Assembly: GCA_046566045.1 (NCBI GenBank)
Contig: JBKHXL010000007.1
Location: 31,987 to 95,986 of the forward strand
Reading direction: 5' to 3'
DNA from: Candidatus Limnocylindria bacterium
Lineage (GTDB): Bacteria; Chloroflexota; Limnocylindria; Limnocylindrales; CSP1-4
Length of the DNA: 64,000 nt
In this document: positions 16,136 to 25,029 of the stretch, piece after piece
How the letters are laid out: the number at the start of each line of letters is the position of its first letter
How positions within the stretch are numbered: the stretch's first letter is position 1
Translations under genes and position numbers: made by a program
The notes under the pieces: model-generated
What the model was told of the DNA's origin: nothing
The model's database searches: none
The model's input: only the letters and a program-made list of their open reading frames with translations

Positions 16136-18580
16136 GTGTCGAAGAACCTCGTGATCGTCGAATCCCCGGCCAAGGCTCGAACCATCGAGCGCTACCTCGG
16201 TGAGGACTACCGCGTCCTCGCCTCCTACGGCCATGTCCGCGACCTGCCGGAGAACCCGGGCAAGGGCAAGTTCGGCGTCGACGTGGACAACGACTTCGCC
16301 CCCGAGTACGTCATCAGCGAGGACCGCCGCAAGCAGGTCACCGACATCGAGAAGGCGGCTCGCCGGTCGGACATGGTCTTCCTCGCCACCGACCTCGACC
16401 GCGAGGGCGAGGCCATCGCCTGGCACGTGGCCGAGGCGGCCAACGTGCCGGCCGAGAAGACCCGCCGGGTGACCTTCAGCGAGATCACCGAGCTGGCGAT
16501 CCGGGAGGCCTTCGCCCACCCCCGGGACATCGACCGCAACCTCGTCGATGCCCAGCAGACGCGACGGATCGTCGACCGACTGGTCGGCTACACCCTGAGC
16601 CCGCTCCTTGGCAAGAAGGTCCAGCGCGGCCTGTCCGCCGGACGCGTCCAGTCGGTCGCCGTCCGCCTGGTCGTCGAGCGCGAGCGAGCGATCGCCGCCT
16701 TCACCGCGCGCGAGTACTGGACGATCGCCACGGTCCTGCGCACGGCCGCCGGCGACACGTTCGAGGCGGACCTCGCGAGGATCGACGGCGCGGCTCCCGA
16801 GATCGCGGACGAGGCGACGGCCGAGGCCCACGCGGCCGCCATCCGAGCGCTGCGCCCGACCGTCACGAAGGTCGGGGTGAAGACCCAGAAGCGCAACCCC
16901 GCGGCGCCGTTCACCACCTCGACCCTCCAGCAGGAGGCCAGCCGCAAGCTGTCGTTCAGCCCGAAGCGCACGATGTCGATCGCGCAGCGCCTGTACGAGG
17001 GCGTCGCGACGCCGGGCGGGCAGGTCGGCCTCATCACCTACATGCGGACCGACTCGACCGCCATCGCCGGCGTGGCCATGGGCGAGGCGCGCGAGGTCAT
17101 CGCCGAGCGCTACGGCGCCGCCTTCACGATGCCGAAGGGGCGCGTCTACAAGACCAAGGCGAAGGGCGCCCAGGAGGCGCACGAGTCGATCCGGCCGACG
17201 TCGTTCCGGCGCGACCCCGACTCGCTGGCCTCGGTCCTCAAGCCCGAGGAGCTCCGCCTGTACCGCCTGATCTGGCAGCGGGCCCTTGCCTCGCAGATGG
17301 CGCCCAAGGAGCTGGAGACCACGACCGTCGACCTCGCCGACGGGCGGTACGAGCTGCGGGCCAGCGCCACCCGGACCCTGTTCGACGGGTTCGCGCGGGT
17401 GTACACCGAGGGCCGCGACGACGAGGCCGACGAGGACGAGGAGGCCGCCCGCCAGCTGCCGGCCCTGGCCGAGGGCGACGCCACGACCGTCGAGGACGTC
17501 GTCGCCGTCCAGCACTTCACCGAGCCGCCGCCGCGCTTCACCGAGGCGACCCTCATCAAGGCCCTCGAGGAGCATGGCATCGGTCGTCCGTCCACGTACG
17601 CGGCGACGATCTCGACCATCCTCGACCGCGGCTACGTCCGGGTGGAGGAGCGCCGGCTGCGGCCGGAGCCCGTCGCGGAGGTGGTCACCGACCTGCTGGT
17701 GGAGCACTTCGGCGACTACGTGGACATCTCGTTCACGGCGCGCATGGAGGAGGAACTCGACGAGGTGGCCGGCGGCGAGCGCGGCTGGGTCCCGCTCCTG
17801 CGCGCGTTCTACGACCCGCTGCGCGATCGCGTCGCGAGCAAGCTCGACGAGATCGGCGACGAGTACAAGTCGACCCCGACCGACGAGGTCTGCTCGCTCG
17901 GCCACCCGATGGTCATCCGGCTGGGCCGGAACGGGCCGTTCCTGGCCTGCTCGCTGTACCCCGAACACAAGGAGACCCGGCCGGTGCCGGGCGACGAACC
18001 GCCGCCCCTGGAGGGAGCCGGGGAGCCCTGCCCCGAGTGCGGGGAGGGGACCCTCGTCGGCAAGTCCGGCCGCTTCGGCCCGTTCGTGGGCTGCTCGCGC
18101 TATCCGGACTGTCGCTACATCAAGAAGGACGGGCCGCCGCCGCCCGATCCACTCCCGTTCGAGGTGACCTGCCCCAGGAACCGGGACGGCCTGCTCGTGC
18201 CGCGCCGCGTCCGACGCACCGGCAACGTCTTCTGGGGCTGCGACCGCTACCCGAAGTGCGACTACACGACGAACTTCGAGCCGCTCGGCGGCCTGCACGA
18301 CACCGACGACGGACCGCTGGCCCGCAAGGGCGAGGCCGCCGTCTGCCTGGTCTGCGGATCGACCAGCGAGGTCGCACCGGACGACGTCGTCCCCGGCGAG
18401 CGCCATGCCGGCGGTCCAGCCGATCCCGAGGCCCTGGCGCGTCCGTCGCGCGGTCGCCCGTCGGGTGGGGGCTCCCGCGCCGGGGGGCGCGGCGGCGCGC
18501 GCGGCAACGGCACGGGCCGGACCCGGCGCCCGACCTCGCGGCGCGGGCCGGCGTCCGCGGGCACGGCCCCCGGAGCGTGA
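16136..18580 (+). CDS. topA: DNA topoisomerase I
   Basis: TOPRIM domain LVIVESPAKARTIERYLG...YGHVRDLP, catalytic region ITYMRTDS, C-terminal Cys4 zinc ribbons, and an RG-rich tail. Confidence 0.95.
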   Translation: MSKNLVIVESPAKARTIERYLGEDYRVLASYGHVRDLPENPGKGKFGVDVDNDFAPEYVISEDRRKQVTDIEKAARRSDMVFLATDLDREGEAIAWHVAEAANVPAEKTRRVTFSEITELAIREAFAHPRDIDRNLVDAQQTRRIVDRLVGYTLSPLLGKKVQRGLSAGRVQSVAVRLVVERERAIAAFTAREYWTIATVLRTAAGDTFEADLARIDGAAPEIADEATAEAHAAAIRALRPTVTKVGVKTQKRNPAAPFTTSTLQQEASRKLSFSPKRTMSIAQRLYEGVATPGGQVGLITYMRTDSTAIAGVAMGEAREVIAERYGAAFTMPKGRVYKTKAKGAQEAHESIRPTSFRRDPDSLASVLKPEELRLYRLIWQRALASQMAPKELETTTVDLADGRYELRASATRTLFDGFARVYTEGRDDEADEDEEAARQLPALAEGDATTVEDVVAVQHFTEPPPRFTEATLIKALEEHGIGRPSTYAATISTILDRGYVRVEERRLRPEPVAEVVTDLLVEHFGDYVDISFTARMEEELDEVAGGERGWVPLLRAFYDPLRDRVASKLDEIGDEYKSTPTDEVCSLGHPMVIRLGRNGPFLACSLYPEHKETRPVPGDEPPPLEGAGEPCPECGEGTLVGKSGRFGPFVGCSRYPDCRYIKKDGPPPPDPLPFEVTCPRNRDGLLVPRRVRRTGNVFWGCDRYPKCDYTTNFEPLGGLHDTDDGPLARKGEAAVCLVCGSTSEVAPDDVVPGERHAGGPADPEALARPSRGRPSGGGSRAGGRGGARGNGTGRTRRPTSRRGPASAGTAPGA

Positions 18581-19581
18581 GTCCGGTCGTGGACCGCGGC
18601 GACCCCGTGGTCCTCGATCGCTTCCTCCGCTCGCTGGCGGCGCGCGACGCGTCGAGCGACACGATCCGGGCGTACCGGACCGCGGTCGGCGCGTACCTGG
18701 CCTGGCTGTCCGAGCGAGGCCTCGACTGGCGACGCCCCCCGCGGGCGGACCTGCGCGCCTACCTCGCGACGCTCGGGCGCGGCGCCGCCCGGACCACGGT
18801 CGCGCAGCGGCTGGCGGCCATCCGCTCGTTCCATCGCTGGGCCGCCCGCGACGGCCTGGCCCCGGGGGACCCGTGGGGCGCCATCGCCACGCCGCGCCTG
18901 CCGCGCCGCCTCCCGCGCGTGCTCGAGGCCGACCAGATCGGCCGGCTGCTCGACGTGGTCGAGGCGGAGGTCGAGGCCGCGGCGAGGGCCGGCCCGGAAC
19001 GGGTCGCCCTGGCAACGGCGCTCGCGGTCCGGGATCGGGCCCTGGTCGAGACGGCCTACGCGGCGGGCCTGCGCATCAGCGAGCTGGCGGCGGCGGATCT
19101 CGGCTCCCTGGACCTGCGCCGGCGCGAGATCCGCGTCCTGGGCAAAGGCCGCAAGGAGCGCATCGGCCTGCTCGGCGCCCCGGCCGCGGCCGCGCTCGAG
19201 GCATACCTCGTGGACGGGCGCCCGGAGCTGCTCGCCCGGGCTGTCTGGCCGGGATCCGCCGACGATCCGCGGCGCGCTCCGAGCGCGCTGTTCCTGAACC
19301 ACCTGGGGGCGCCGATCGGTGTGCGCGGCCTGCGCTACCGGCTCGACCGGCTGTTTCGCGCCGCGGGCCTGCCCGCGGGCGTCTCGCCGCACACGCTGCG
19401 GCACTCGTTCGCCACGCACCTGCTCGACGGCGGGGCCGACCTGCGGGTCGTCCAGGAGCTGCTCGGCCACGAGGATCTGGCCACGACGCAGGTGTACACC
19501 CACGTGTCGCCGGCACGCCTGCGCGAGGCGTACCAGGCGGCCCACCCACGGGCCCTGCGCGGGCGGGTCGCGGAGCGGTGA
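18577..19581 (+). CDS. xerC: Tyrosine recombinase XerC-type
   Basis: C-terminal catalytic motif HTLRHSFATHLLDGGADLRVVQELLGHEDLATTQVYTHV. GTG 18577 overlaps the topA stop. The position after dprA/topA matches xerC/codV synteny. Confidence 0.85.
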   Translation: MSPVVDRGDPVVLDRFLRSLAARDASSDTIRAYRTAVGAYLAWLSERGLDWRRPPRADLRAYLATLGRGAARTTVAQRLAAIRSFHRWAARDGLAPGDPWGAIATPRLPRRLPRVLEADQIGRLLDVVEAEVEAAARAGPERVALATALAVRDRALVETAYAAGLRISELAAADLGSLDLRRREIRVLGKGRKERIGLLGAPAAAALEAYLVDGRPELLARAVWPGSADDPRRAPSALFLNHLGAPIGVRGLRYRLDRLFRAAGLPAGVSPHTLRHSFATHLLDGGADLRVVQELLGHEDLATTQVYTHVSPARLREAYQAAHPRALRGRVAER

Positions 19582-21179
19582 GCGCCACCGGGCGGACCAT
19601 CGCGCGCGCCGGGCTGGTCGTGTCCGGCGCCTTCCTCGTGTCGCGGGTCCTGGGCTGGGTCCGCCTGGTGGTCATCGGCAACGTCTTCGGCGCCTCGGCC
19701 GAGCTCGACGCGTTCTTCGCCGCATTCCGGATCCCGGACCTGATCTTCCAGCTGGTGGCCGCGGGCGCGCTGTCCTCGGCGCTGATCCCGGTCGTCTCGA
19801 ACGTCCTCGCGCGTGACGGCGAGGCGCGAGCCTGGCGGGTCGTCTCGACCGTCACGACCCTCATGCTCGCCGCCCTCATCGCGATGGCGCTCATCGTGCT
19901 GGTCTTCGCCGACCGGCTCGTGCCCCTGTTCACCGGAGGGTTCGACGCGACCACCATGGCGCGCACCATCGAGCTGACCCGGATCATGGTCCTCGGCCCG
20001 CTGTTCCTGGCCATGGGCGCGGTGGCGACCAGCGTGCTCAACGCGCGTGACCGGTTCGCGGCCGCCGCCATCGCCCCGATCGTCTACAACCTGGCGATCA
20101 TCGGCGCCGCGCTGCTGCTCGGGCCGTCGATGGGGGCGACCGGACTCGCCATCGGGGTCGTCGCCGGATCGCTCGGCCATGTGCTGGTCCAGCTCCCGCC
20201 ATTGCGCGCCATCGGCGCCCGCTTCCGGCTCGCGGTCGATCTCGGCGACGAGGCGGCGCGCAGGGCCCTGACCCTCATGGCGCCACGAGCCATCGGCCTG
20301 GGGGCGAGCCAGATCACCTTCGTGGTGGTGACGGCCCTGGCCACGACGGTCGGCGTGGGCGCCGTCACGGCCTTCACCATCGCGTTCACGCTGCTCCAGA
20401 TCCCGATCGGCGTCGTCGGCGTGCCGCTCGGCGTGGTGCTCTTCCCGTCGCTCTCGCGCGAGGCGGCCGCCGGCGGCGACGTCGAGTTCGTGCGCCTGCT
20501 CGGGAGGGCGCTGCGGCTGCTCGTCGTCGCGATGCTGCCCGTCGCGGCGCTCGCGGCGGTCCTGCGCATGGAGGTCGTGACCGTGCTGTTCGCCGGGTTC
20601 AGCCCGGGCGCCATCGAGCTCACGACCGCGACGTTCCTGGCGTTCCTGCCGGGACTCCCGGCGCACGCCATGATCGCCGTGCTGGCGCGCGCCTTCTACG
20701 CCCGCCAGGACACCATCACGCCGGTCGCGGCGGCGGTCGGGGCCGTCGTCGTCAACACCACGCTGGCGGTCGCCCTGGTCGGGCCGCTCGGGCTGCCAGG
20801 GGTGGCGCTCGCCATCGCCATCGCGGCCTGGCTGGAGGCCGCCACGCTGGGCCTCCTCCTGCGCCGGCGGATGGGATCGCTGGGCCTGGTCGCGATCGGC
20901 GGCATGGCGGTCCGGACCGGCGTCGCCGCGGTCGTCGCCGGTGCCGTCGCCGTCGTCGGGCAGCGCCTCCTGTCGGACGCGCTCGTCGGGGCGGCGTCCG
21001 GCACCCTGGAACGGGCGATCGGGGCGGCCGTCACCCTCGTCGTCGTCGGCGCGGCGTTCGCGGCCGCGTTCGGGCTCGCCGCGCTCGTCTTGCGGATCGA
21101 GGATCTCCGCTCTATCGTCGGGCTCATGGTCGACGCGGTCCGCCGCCCCCGCACGCCCGACGCTCCGCGCGCCTCGTGA
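19578..21179 (+). CDS. murJ: Lipid II flippase MurJ (MviN)
   Basis: SRVLGWVRLVVIGNVFGASAELDAFFAAFRIPDLIFQLVAAGALSSALIPV, then a polytopic membrane protein. The GTG start overlaps the xerC stop. Confidence 0.9.
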   Translation: MSATGRTIARAGLVVSGAFLVSRVLGWVRLVVIGNVFGASAELDAFFAAFRIPDLIFQLVAAGALSSALIPVVSNVLARDGEARAWRVVSTVTTLMLAALIAMALIVLVFADRLVPLFTGGFDATTMARTIELTRIMVLGPLFLAMGAVATSVLNARDRFAAAAIAPIVYNLAIIGAALLLGPSMGATGLAIGVVAGSLGHVLVQLPPLRAIGARFRLAVDLGDEAARRALTLMAPRAIGLGASQITFVVVTALATTVGVGAVTAFTIAFTLLQIPIGVVGVPLGVVLFPSLSREAAAGGDVEFVRLLGRALRLLVVAMLPVAALAAVLRMEVVTVLFAGFSPGAIELTTATFLAFLPGLPAHAMIAVLARAFYARQDTITPVAAAVGAVVVNTTLAVALVGPLGLPGVALAIAIAAWLEAATLGLLLRRRMGSLGLVAIGGMAVRTGVAAVVAGAVAVVGQRLLSDALVGAASGTLERAIGAAVTLVVVGAAFAAAFGLAALVLRIEDLRSIVGLMVDAVRRPRTPDAPRAS

Positions 21180-22234
21180 CCTCCGGGGCGCCGCTCGACG
21201 GCGAGGCGTGGGACGCCTTCGTGGAGGCGTCTGCGCCCGGGTCGTACCTGCAGCTGGGGGCGTGGGCCAGGGTCAAGGCGGTCAACGGCTGGACGGCGCA
21301 TCGGATCGACACCACCGGACGGATCGGCGCCCAGGTCCTCGTGCGCCGCCCGCGGCCCCTGCCGTGGGGCTTCGCCTACGCGCCGCGTGGCCCGGTGGCG
21401 GAGGCCTGGACCGACGAGACGATCGGCGCGTTCAGCGACGCGCTGCGGACGGGGCTGCGGGCGACGGCCGGTCGCGTGTCGCACGTCCGCATCGACCCCG
21501 AGATCGAGCTCGACGGCCCGCTCGACCCGGACGGGAGCCTGCGCCTCGCCCTGCGCCGCCACGGCTGGCGGCCTGCGCCCCCGATCCAGCCGGCATCCAC
21601 CCGGGTCATCGACCTGCGCCCCGACGAGGACGCGCTGTTCGGTGCGCTGCGCAAGAAGTGGCGGCAGTACGTCAACAAGGCGCGGACCGGCGGGGTGCGC
21701 ATCGTCGAGGCCGACGGCGATCGTCTCGGCGAGTTCCACGCGATCTATCGCGATACGGCCGAGCGGGCCGGGTTCCTCATCCGCACGGAACGCGCCTACC
21801 GCGACGTGTGGGAGGCCTTCGCGCCCGGTGGTCGGGCGCGCCTGCTGTTCGCGGAGCTGCCCGATGGGGAGCCCGTCGCGACGCTGTTCCTCGTGCGTTC
21901 CGGACCGCGGGTGGTGGAGCCGTACGGCGGCATGACCCGGGCCGGCGGCGAGTCGCGCGCGAACTACCTGCTCAAGTGGGAGGCGATCCGGTCGTCGCGT
22001 GAGCGAGGGGCGACGAGCTACGACCTGTGGGGCCTGGCGACCGGGGGGATCGCCCACTTCAAGGCCGGGTTCGGCGGCCGCGAGGTGCGCTACATCGGGG
22101 CCTGGGACCTCGTCCTCGACCCGCTCGGGCGAGCGGTCTACGAGGGTGCCGGTCGCGCTCGCGTGCTGTGGGCACGGCGTCGTCACGGGCTGTCCGGGTC
22201 GGGGAGTGCGTCCGCCTACGGCGGCGACGGATGA
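21176..22234 (+). CDS. FemAB-family peptidoglycan interpeptide-bridge aminoacyltransferase (copy 1)
   Basis: YLQLGAWARVK...RKKWRQYVNKA...GGESRANYLLKWEAIRSSRERGATSYDLWG, typical of the FemX/FemAB family. The GTG start overlaps the murJ stop. Confidence 0.8.
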   Translation: MTSGAPLDGEAWDAFVEASAPGSYLQLGAWARVKAVNGWTAHRIDTTGRIGAQVLVRRPRPLPWGFAYAPRGPVAEAWTDETIGAFSDALRTGLRATAGRVSHVRIDPEIELDGPLDPDGSLRLALRRHGWRPAPPIQPASTRVIDLRPDEDALFGALRKKWRQYVNKARTGGVRIVEADGDRLGEFHAIYRDTAERAGFLIRTERAYRDVWEAFAPGGRARLLFAELPDGEPVATLFLVRSGPRVVEPYGGMTRAGGESRANYLLKWEAIRSSRERGATSYDLWGLATGGIAHFKAGFGGREVRYIGAWDLVLDPLGRAVYEGAGRARVLWARRRHGLSGSGSASAYGGDG

Positions 22235-23373
22235 GCAGCGGCCCGCGCCTCGCCGACGAGGCCGAGCTCCTCGACTGGGATGCGCACACGGTGGACGGCC
22301 CGGGCGGCCACGTCTACCAGTCGCGGACGTGGGGCGAGCAGCGCGCGCGGCTGGGCTGGACGCCGCTGCACGCGGTCGTCGGCGGGACCCACCGCGCGCT
22401 GGTCCTCGTCCGGCGGGCGCCGCTGGTCGGGGTCGCGACCGCGTACGTGCCGCGCGGCCCGGTCGCCGGCGCCGACGCGGGCCAGGCCGCTGCCGAGCGC
22501 GTCGTCGAGCTGGCGCGCTGGCTCGCCCGCGAGCACGGCGTCGCCAGCCTCGCCACGGATGCCGAGATCCCGGCGGAGGACACGGCCTACGGGCGGACCC
22601 TGGCGGCCGGCGGCTTTCGACCCATCCCGGAGATCCAGCCGTCGCGGCATCGGGTCAGCCTCGCCCTGCCGCCCGGTGCGGACGAGGCCGCGCTGCGGTC
22701 GGGCATGACCAGGAGCACGCGCCAGCGGGTGGACCGCGCCGACCGCGATGGGATCGTCGTCACGCGCCACGACCGGGCCGGCTGGGTGGCGGGGCCGGAC
22801 GCCGAGCCGGCCACGGTCGATCCGTTCCGCGCGCCGCCCGACGGCGACGGCGCGAGCGACGCCGCCCTCGAGACGTTCGCCGACCTGCTGGCCGACACCG
22901 GGGCGCGCCGCGGTTTCCGCTTCGGGCCGCGCTCGGTGTTCGTGGACTGGTGGCGCGCCGGGCTGGCCGCCGGGCACGTCGTCTACCTGGCCGCTGCCGA
23001 CCCGGCCCGACCGGACCGCACGCTCGGGGGACTGCTCCTGTACCGCCACGGCGAGCGGCTGTCCACCGTCCATTCGGGCGACGTGGCCGACATCCGCGAC
23101 CAGCACCCGGGCATCATGCACCTGCTCCGCTGGCGGGCGATCCAGCTCGCGCTGCGGGAGGGCCGATCCGAGATGGACCTCGGCGGGGTGGACGTGGCGC
23201 CGCGCCACGAGGAGCCGGAGCGCGACTCCCCGATGGCCGGCCTGTACGAGCACAAGCGCTCCTTCGGGGCGCGCTGGGTGGCGATGACCGGGGCCCGGGA
23301 ACGGGTGGCCAGCCCGCCACGGGCCGCCCTGGGCCGGATCGCCGCGCGGGCCGGCCGGATCCTCGCCCGATGA
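22231..23373 (+). CDS. FemAB-family peptidoglycan interpeptide-bridge aminoacyltransferase (copy 2)
   Basis: HVYQSRTWGEQR...TRSTRQRV...HPGIMHLLRWRAIQLALREGRSEMDLGG...YEHKRSFGARW. The ATG overlaps the upstream stop (ATGA). Confidence 0.75.
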   Translation: MSSGPRLADEAELLDWDAHTVDGPGGHVYQSRTWGEQRARLGWTPLHAVVGGTHRALVLVRRAPLVGVATAYVPRGPVAGADAGQAAAERVVELARWLAREHGVASLATDAEIPAEDTAYGRTLAAGGFRPIPEIQPSRHRVSLALPPGADEAALRSGMTRSTRQRVDRADRDGIVVTRHDRAGWVAGPDAEPATVDPFRAPPDGDGASDAALETFADLLADTGARRGFRFGPRSVFVDWWRAGLAAGHVVYLAAADPARPDRTLGGLLLYRHGERLSTVHSGDVADIRDQHPGIMHLLRWRAIQLALREGRSEMDLGGVDVAPRHEEPERDSPMAGLYEHKRSFGARWVAMTGARERVASPPRAALGRIAARAGRILAR

Positions 23374-24980
23374 GCGAGTCGACCGCCGCGCCCCAGCCCG
23401 AGCGACCGCTGGCCGACCTGGTCCGGCGCCTGGCCGACGAGGGCCGCCTCCGCGGGGCGCGCGACGAGGGTCGCGCGATCGGTGCGGCGGGCCTGCGCCC
23501 CGTCGCCATCCGGGCCGTCCACCACGATTCGCGACGCATCGGTCCGGGTGACCTGTTCGTGGCCATCCCGGGCGCTCGGGCCGACGGGCACGACCACGCG
23601 GCGGCCGCCGTCGCGGCCGGCGCCGGCGCGATCATCGTCGAGCGGCCGGTCCCCGGCGTCGACGTGCCGCAGCTCGTGGTCGGCGAGGCCAGGGCCGCCC
23701 TCGCCAGCGCCGCGGCGTGGAGCGAGGGGGACCCGTCGCGCGAGCTGACCGTCGTCGGCATCACCGGCACCGACGGCAAGACGACGACGTCGTACCTCGC
23801 GGTCAGCGCCCTGGAGGCGGCCGGGCGTCGGGTCGGCCTGCTCGGCACGATCGCCACCCGGATCGGCGGCACGTCCGCCGACCACGCGGAGCACGCCACG
23901 ACGCCCGAGGCGCCCGAGCTGCAGGCGGCACTCCGCGCCATGGTGACCGCCGGCGACGACAGCGCGGTGATCGAGACGACGTCCCACGGCCTGGCCCTCG
24001 AACGGGTCGGGTCGGTGGCCTACGACGTCGCCATCCTGACCAACCTCACCCACGAGCACCTCGACCTGCACGGCACCTTCGAGGCCTATCGAGCGGCCAA
24101 GCTGCGCCTGTTCGAGCGGCTCGGGCAGCGCCGGCCGAAGCGCCTGCCCGCTGGCGTGGAGCCGCCCGGGCCGACCGCCATCGTCAACATCGACGATCCG
24201 TCGGCGGGCTACTTCATCGGCGCGGCGCGGGACGTCCGGGCTCGCGTGCTGACGTACGGCCTGGACCCGGCGGCCGACCTGCGCGTGACCGCCGTGGCGG
24301 AGGATCGCACGGGCCTGCGCATGGAGGTGGACGGCGTGGCCGGTCGGGCGACCGTGCGGCTCCGTCTGACGGGCCGGTTCAATGCCCTGAACGCCGCCGC
24401 GGCCCTGGCCCTCGGTGAGGTCCTCGGCCTCGACCGCGAGCGGGTCCGCGCCGGGCTGGAGAGCCTCGAGCGCGTGCCGGGCCGGATGGAGCGGATCGAC
24501 GCGGGCCAGCCGTTCGAGGTGGTGATCGACTTCGCCCACAGTCCGGCGTCGCTGGCGACCGTGCTCGACCTGCTCGCTCCGGCGGCCGCGGCCCGCGGGG
24601 GCGGGGTGATCGCCGTGTTCGGGTCGGCCGGGGAGCGGGACACGGCCAAACGACCGCGGATGGGGCGCATCGCCGGCGAGCGCTGCCGCCTCGTGGTCCT
24701 CACGGACGAGGATCCGCGCGGCGAGGACCGCACCGCCATCCTCGACGAGATCGCGGCCGGGGCGGAGGCGGTCGGGCGCCGGCGCGGCTCCGACCTGCGC
24801 CTCATCCCGGACCGCGAGGAGGCCATCGCGGCCGCGTTCGAGGCCGCCCGGCCCGGCGACGTCGTGCTCCTCGCCGGCAAGGGCCACGAGCGCTCGATCG
24901 CGGGGCCGGAGGGGGATCGTCCGTGGGACGAGCGCCGGGCGGCGCTCGACGCGCTGGCCCGGATGGGCTACCGGGCCTGA
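23370..24980 (+). CDS. murE: UDP-N-acetylmuramoyl-L-alanyl-D-glutamate ligase MurE (position-3 amino acid uncertain)
   Basis: DSRRIGPGDLFVAIPGARADGHD and the P-loop VGITGTDGKTTTSYL. In place of the canonical DNPR motif it has TDEDPRGED (24702-24728). The ATG overlaps the upstream stop. Confidence 0.9.
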   Translation: MSESTAAPQPERPLADLVRRLADEGRLRGARDEGRAIGAAGLRPVAIRAVHHDSRRIGPGDLFVAIPGARADGHDHAAAAVAAGAGAIIVERPVPGVDVPQLVVGEARAALASAAAWSEGDPSRELTVVGITGTDGKTTTSYLAVSALEAAGRRVGLLGTIATRIGGTSADHAEHATTPEAPELQAALRAMVTAGDDSAVIETTSHGLALERVGSVAYDVAILTNLTHEHLDLHGTFEAYRAAKLRLFERLGQRRPKRLPAGVEPPGPTAIVNIDDPSAGYFIGAARDVRARVLTYGLDPAADLRVTAVAEDRTGLRMEVDGVAGRATVRLRLTGRFNALNAAAALALGEVLGLDRERVRAGLESLERVPGRMERIDAGQPFEVVIDFAHSPASLATVLDLLAPAAAARGGGVIAVFGSAGERDTAKRPRMGRIAGERCRLVVLTDEDPRGEDRTAILDEIAAGAEAVGRRRGSDLRLIPDREEAIAAAFEAARPGDVVLLAGKGHERSIAGPEGDRPWDERRAALDALARMGYRA

Positions 24981-25015
24981 CCGTCCGTCGCACGGGCCGC
25001 GGCGGGAGCCGCTGC

Positions 25016-25021
25016 TATCCT
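25016..25021 (+). promoter_or_regulatory. -10-like TATCCT, 8 nt upstream of the rel ATG (candidate leaderless promoter)
   Basis: TATCCT at 25016-25021 and ATG at 25030. Confidence 0.35.
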
Positions 25022-25029
25022 TGCGGCCG

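Noticed and set aside
14621-19015. Very long antisense ORFs. Examples: 1464 aa on the - strand opposite the CAP-domain gene, topA and xerC. Similar cases lie at 873-2033, 11017-12912, 25015-27222, 33153-36287 (upstream part) and 42027-44681.
   Set aside because: These are typical high-GC shadow ORFs. Their products are Arg/Pro/Gly/Ala-rich, have no recognisable domain, and have low GC at their third positions. Every one lies opposite a gene with clear family motifs.
18577-19581. The two tyrosine recombinases (18577-19581 and 62710-63633) as integrases marking mobile elements.
   Set aside because: Both have the XerC/XerD-type catalytic tail. Both sit in the conserved housekeeping positions (after topA, and after recN), with overlapping or near-overlapping starts and host-like composition. 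No att-like repeats were seen.
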